NCBI GenBank assembly: GCA_963799775.1
Contig: CAWCYD010000002.1
Location: forward strand, 288,001 to 352,000
Reading direction: 5' to 3'
DNA length: 64,000 nucleotides
Origin: an uncultured archaeon
GTDB taxonomy: Archaea; Thermoproteota; Nitrososphaeria; Nitrososphaerales; Gagatemarchaeaceae
Of the stretch, positions 60,690 to 64,000 are shown piece by piece. Numbering within the stretch: the stretch's first letter is position 1; each line of letters begins with the position of its first letter. The notes below the pieces were generated by a model. The model was not told where the DNA came from, did no database searches, and saw only the letters and a program-made list of their open reading frames with translations. The position numbers were made by a program, and so were the translations under genes.

Positions 60690-61130
60690 CTAGGCCTTTG
60701 GCATCGTAGGAGTCAAAGTCTGCACCGCAGACTTGCGTCTGGCCCGGGCAGAGAGCATCCCGCCCACAATCAGCAGGGCGAGGATGACTATCGCGACCCC
60801 CTGATGCGCCATCACCAACATCGGGTCCGAGGCGAAGAGTATCCTGAAGCCTAGCGCGACCTGGGCGAAGGTCAGCAAGAAGGCCAATGCGAAGACGATC
60901 CTGGCCAACATCGTGCTGGGATTGAGGAAGATGCTCGAGACCAGGAACGCGAGAAGCGCAATCCCGCCCACCCCAATCAACATGTGAGGCAAGATGAGAG
61001 CGCTTCCGGTAGGATTGCCAGACCCAGACAGGGCGAAGCCGAGTATGATTTGGATCACGAGGCCGCCCGCCCCGACGGCGCCAGCGAGGGTCTGGTTGTT
61101 CACCTGATTCGCGTCACGAACTCGGCTCAT
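60690..61130 (-). CDS. Four-TM membrane protein with two His residues
   Basis: QIILG..PHMLIG and QVALG..AHQGVA repeated pattern. Confidence 0.65.
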   Translation of the reverse strand: MSRVRDANQVNNQTLAGAVGAGGLVIQIILGFALSGSGNPTGSALILPHMLIGVGGIALLAFLVSSIFLNPSTMLARIVFALAFLLTFAQVALGFRILFASDPMLVMAHQGVAIVILALLIVGGMLSARARRKSAVQTLTPTMPKA

Positions 61131-61181
61131 ATGGTATTTAATACGTTTCCATTTCTCCGGACATTCCTTAACTACCCGAGC

Positions 61182-61523
61182 ATGAGTCAATCGATGCAGA
61201 TGGCCAAGCTATCCGACGAGCAGATTGACAAGGCGCTAGTGTCTCTGAAGGGATGGCGCCGCGACGGAGACTACATCACAAAGGAGTTCCACTTTCGGAC
61301 CTTCCTTTCCGGGATAAGATTCGTCGACGAGGTGGCATTGGTCGCAGAGGCCCAGGAGCACCACCCCGACATATGCGTCGTCTGGACGACCGTCACCCTC
61401 AAGATCACGACCCACGACGAAGGCGGGATCACAAAATGGGACTTTGGTCTCGCGAAGGCGATCGAGAAACGCTTCGCGGGTGGAGCAAAGAAGCCCCCAA
61501 AGTCGTCCAAAACGGCCCGATAA
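61182..61523 (+). CDS. phhB: Pterin-4-alpha-carbinolamine dehydratase
   Basis: AEAQEHHPDI..TTHDEGGIT..D. Confidence 0.93.
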   Translation: MSQSMQMAKLSDEQIDKALVSLKGWRRDGDYITKEFHFRTFLSGIRFVDEVALVAEAQEHHPDICVVWTTVTLKITTHDEGGITKWDFGLAKAIEKRFAGGAKKPPKSSKTAR

Positions 61524-61529
61524 TTCTTA

Positions 61530-61550
61530 TATACAACTCGAAGTTGTATA
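61530..61550. promoter_or_regulatory. Perfect 9-bp inverted repeat upstream of the thermosome gene
   Basis: TATACAACT-CGA-AGTTGTATA, overlapping a TATA-like sequence. Confidence 0.6.
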
Positions 61551-61569
61551 CCATGCGAGGAACTAGATT

Positions 61570-63241
61570 ATGTCAACACAAGCTATCCCCGCTGTCACCT
61601 CGAGTGGGCAGCCGGTCCTGATTCTCAAGGAAGGAAGCAACCAGTCAAGAGGAAAAGAGGCCCAGCGGAACAACATCCAAGCGGCCAAACTTGTAGCCGA
61701 GATCGTGAAGAGCTCCATCGGCCCGAGGGGCATGGACAAGATGCTCGTCGACTCGCTCGGCGACGTGACGATCACCAACGACGGCGCGACGATGCTCAAG
61801 GAGATCGACGTCCAGCACCCGGCAGCGAAGATGCTCGTCGAGGTAGCGAAGGCCACCGACAACGAGGTCGGCGACGGGACGACGTCGGCCGTCATCCTTG
61901 CAGGCGCCCTTCTGGAGAAGGCCGAGATCCTCATCGACAAGGGAGTCCATCCCACTGTGATAGTCGAAGGTTACAACAAGGCGGTCGCCCAGGCAATCAA
62001 GATCCTGAACGAAATCGCGGAGAAGGTGCCCCCGAACGGGAAAGAGTGGTTAACGAAGATCGCCCGCACCAGCATGCAGACGAAGCTGGTCTCGAGAGAG
62101 GCCGAAGAGCTGGCCGAGCTCGTCGTGAACGCGGTCGTCCAAGTGGCTGAAAAGACAGACGATGGAAACTACAAGGTAGACCTAGACAACATCAAGGTGG
62201 AGAAGAAGCCAGGCGGCTCCATCAAGGATACCAGTTTGATCAAGGGCATCATCCTCGACAAGGAAGTCGTCCACGCGGGGATGCCGAAGAGGGTAGAGAA
62301 GGCAAAGATCGCTCTGGTGAACGCCGCTTTCGAAATCGAGAAGACAGAGTTCGACGCCAAGCTGAACATCAGCGACCCGTCCATGATGAAGAAGTTCCTG
62401 GACGAGGAGACGAGGATGCTGAAGGAGATGGCCGACAAGGTCGTCTCGATCGGCGCGAACGTCCTGGTCTGCCAGAAGGGCATGGACGACATAGCGCAGC
62501 ACTACCTCGCAAAGGCAGGAATCCTGGCAGTCAGAAGGGCCAAGGAGAGCGACCTCACAAAGCTCGCAAAGGCGACTGGCGCTAGGATAGCTAACAACTT
62601 CGACGACCTCTCACCGAATGAGCCTCGGCTATGCCGACCTGGTCGAGGAGAGGAAGGTCGAGCAGGACAAGTGGGTCTTCATCGAGGGGTGCAAGAATCC
62701 AAAGGCCGTCACCCTTCTCATCAGAGGAGGTACCCAGAGGATTGTCGACGAGGCCGAGAGGTCCGTCCACGACGCGCTGATGGTCTCCAAGGACGTCGTC
62801 GAGAAGCCTGCCATCGTCGCAGGTGGCGGCGCTCCCGAGGCGGAAGTGGCCGCCCGCGTCATGAAGTGGACCGAGAAGCTGAACGGCAGAGAGCAGCTCG
62901 CGGCGCAAAAGTTCGCGGAAGCCCTCGAGACCATCCCAATCTGCCTGGCTACCAACGCGGGCCTTGACCCAATCGACACGATGACCGAGCTGCGCGCCAA
63001 GCACGCCGACGGCGGGCTGTGGTTCGGGGTCGAGGCGAAGGAGGGCAAGGTCAAGGACATGTACAAGGAGAACGTCCTGGAGCCCGTCAGCGTCAAGGAG
63101 CAGATACTGAAGTCAGCCACCGAGGCTGCCTGCATGATTCTGCGCATCGACGACGTGATAGCGGCCGGCAAGTCGAAGGGTCCATCGGGGCCTCCAGGCG
63201 GAGCCGGCGGCATGGGCGGCGAGGGCGGAGACTTCGACTAG
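61570..63241 (+). CDS. ths: Thermosome subunit (group II chaperonin; indel near 62618)
   Basis: GPRGMDKMLVD, TITNDGAT, GDGTTS, ILRIDDVI, Gly/Met tail. Confidence 0.97.
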
Positions 63242-63330
63242 ACTAGTCGACGTCTCTCCTCAAGACCAGCACGATAAGAGGTCTCGTGGCTTTGCCACGG
63301 GCCTCACCGGATTTCTTTTTCCTTCGCTTG

Positions 63331-63853
63331 TTACTTTACCGCTAGCTTGCCTGCGTAGGTCAGCACGTCTAGCTGGTGCCTCACCATCTCATCGGCTTTC
63401 AACCCAGCCACGTCCACGAACTCGAGCCTGTCCCACGCTGGGCTCGAAGGGGCGCTCTCCCTCTCGCCCGTGAAGATGAATCCGAGGCCCCAGTGGTTCG
63501 TCGTCCCGGACGTGTCGGCGAACGTCTGCGGCCCGTCGAGCGCCTGGTTCTTGATGCCGAGCTGCTCTCTGAGGATCCTTCTGGCAGCGCCCTCAGGCGT
63601 CTCGTAGAGGATGAGGTGAGAGGACGGGAGCATCCAGCCGGAGGCGTAGCGCTCGAGGTTCTTCTCGTTCATGGCCCCTATGTGGTCCCAACCTGCGTTC
63701 TTGTTTATCCTTCCCATCAGGACCCTGCCCGGCTCCCCGTTCTCCGAGATGACAAGGAACGCAGAGATGCACATCCCTCCTTCGGGGACCGTGCTCATCC
63801 TTGGCGGCTGAGCGCTCTTGTTGAAGGCGGCGAACCTGCGATCCGTTGTCACG
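63331..63853 (-). CDS. NUDIX-fold protein
   Basis: WMLPSSH..ETPEGAARRILREQLG degenerate Nudix box; start inferred. Confidence 0.7.
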
Positions 63854-63872
63854 GTTGCTCCCCGATCCCCTA

Positions 63873-64000
63873 TCAAGCGCCTGGCTGGGCCTTCCCAGCC
63901 GCGGCCTTGTCCAAGTAGCCCAGTATCCCCAGCGCGCTGAGTCGGATCATGACGACAACGTAGCTCGGAAAGTCGGCCTGCCTCATCCCCGTCTCATCGA
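63873..64000 (-). CDS. 3' end of a gene running off the window
   Basis: Open frame ..DETGMRQADFPSYVVVMIRLSALGILGYLDKAAAGKAQPGA ending in a stop. Confidence 0.45.
   Translation of the reverse strand, partial: DETGMRQADFPSYVVVMIRLSALGILGYLDKAAAGKAQPGA

Noticed and set aside
6212-63241. About 20 frameshifted genes as pseudogenes or programmed frameshifts
   Set aside because: They hit housekeeping genes (thermosome, hemC, HMG-CoA synthase, ppsA) at random, both parts are conserved, and no shared slippery motif is visible; most consistent with long-read indel errors

Overview
A 64-kb, high-GC, gene-dense archaeal chromosome segment. The group II chaperonin, thermopsin with a PEF-CTERM tail, class III-like signal peptides and TATA-box leaderless promoters point to an archaeon, possibly a non-ammonia-oxidising Nitrososphaerota from acidic soil (inference). 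About 20 genes are split by single-base indels, including housekeeping genes such as the thermosome, hemC and HMG-CoA synthase, so these are most likely long-read errors, not pseudogenes. The window is dominated by sulfur and tetrapyrrole metabolism in three loci. (i) 10.8-19.1 kb: two paralogous surface beta-propeller proteins on Ser- or Thr-rich stalks with a duplicated promoter, a vicinal-Cys membrane protein, a CxxC/CxxS disulfide oxidoreductase, DUF169, a minimal AAA+ ATPase, TusA and YeeE/YedE. This looks like an undescribed extracellular sulfur-compound capture/import system. (ii) 30.6-43.5 kb: a siroheme sulfite reductase and siroheme genes, led by an unannotated 43-aa peptide ending ERLKSWCYV, divergent from a coproporphyrin-dependent heme operon that lacks hemY. 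(iii) 44.1-49.8 kb: an RHH regulator-sat-AlkP-cysC operon divergent from TauE, with three TAATTA-N4-TAATTA-like boxes split by an intact ISH3-family insertion sequence. No cysH is present in the window. No rRNA, tRNA or CRISPR array was seen.
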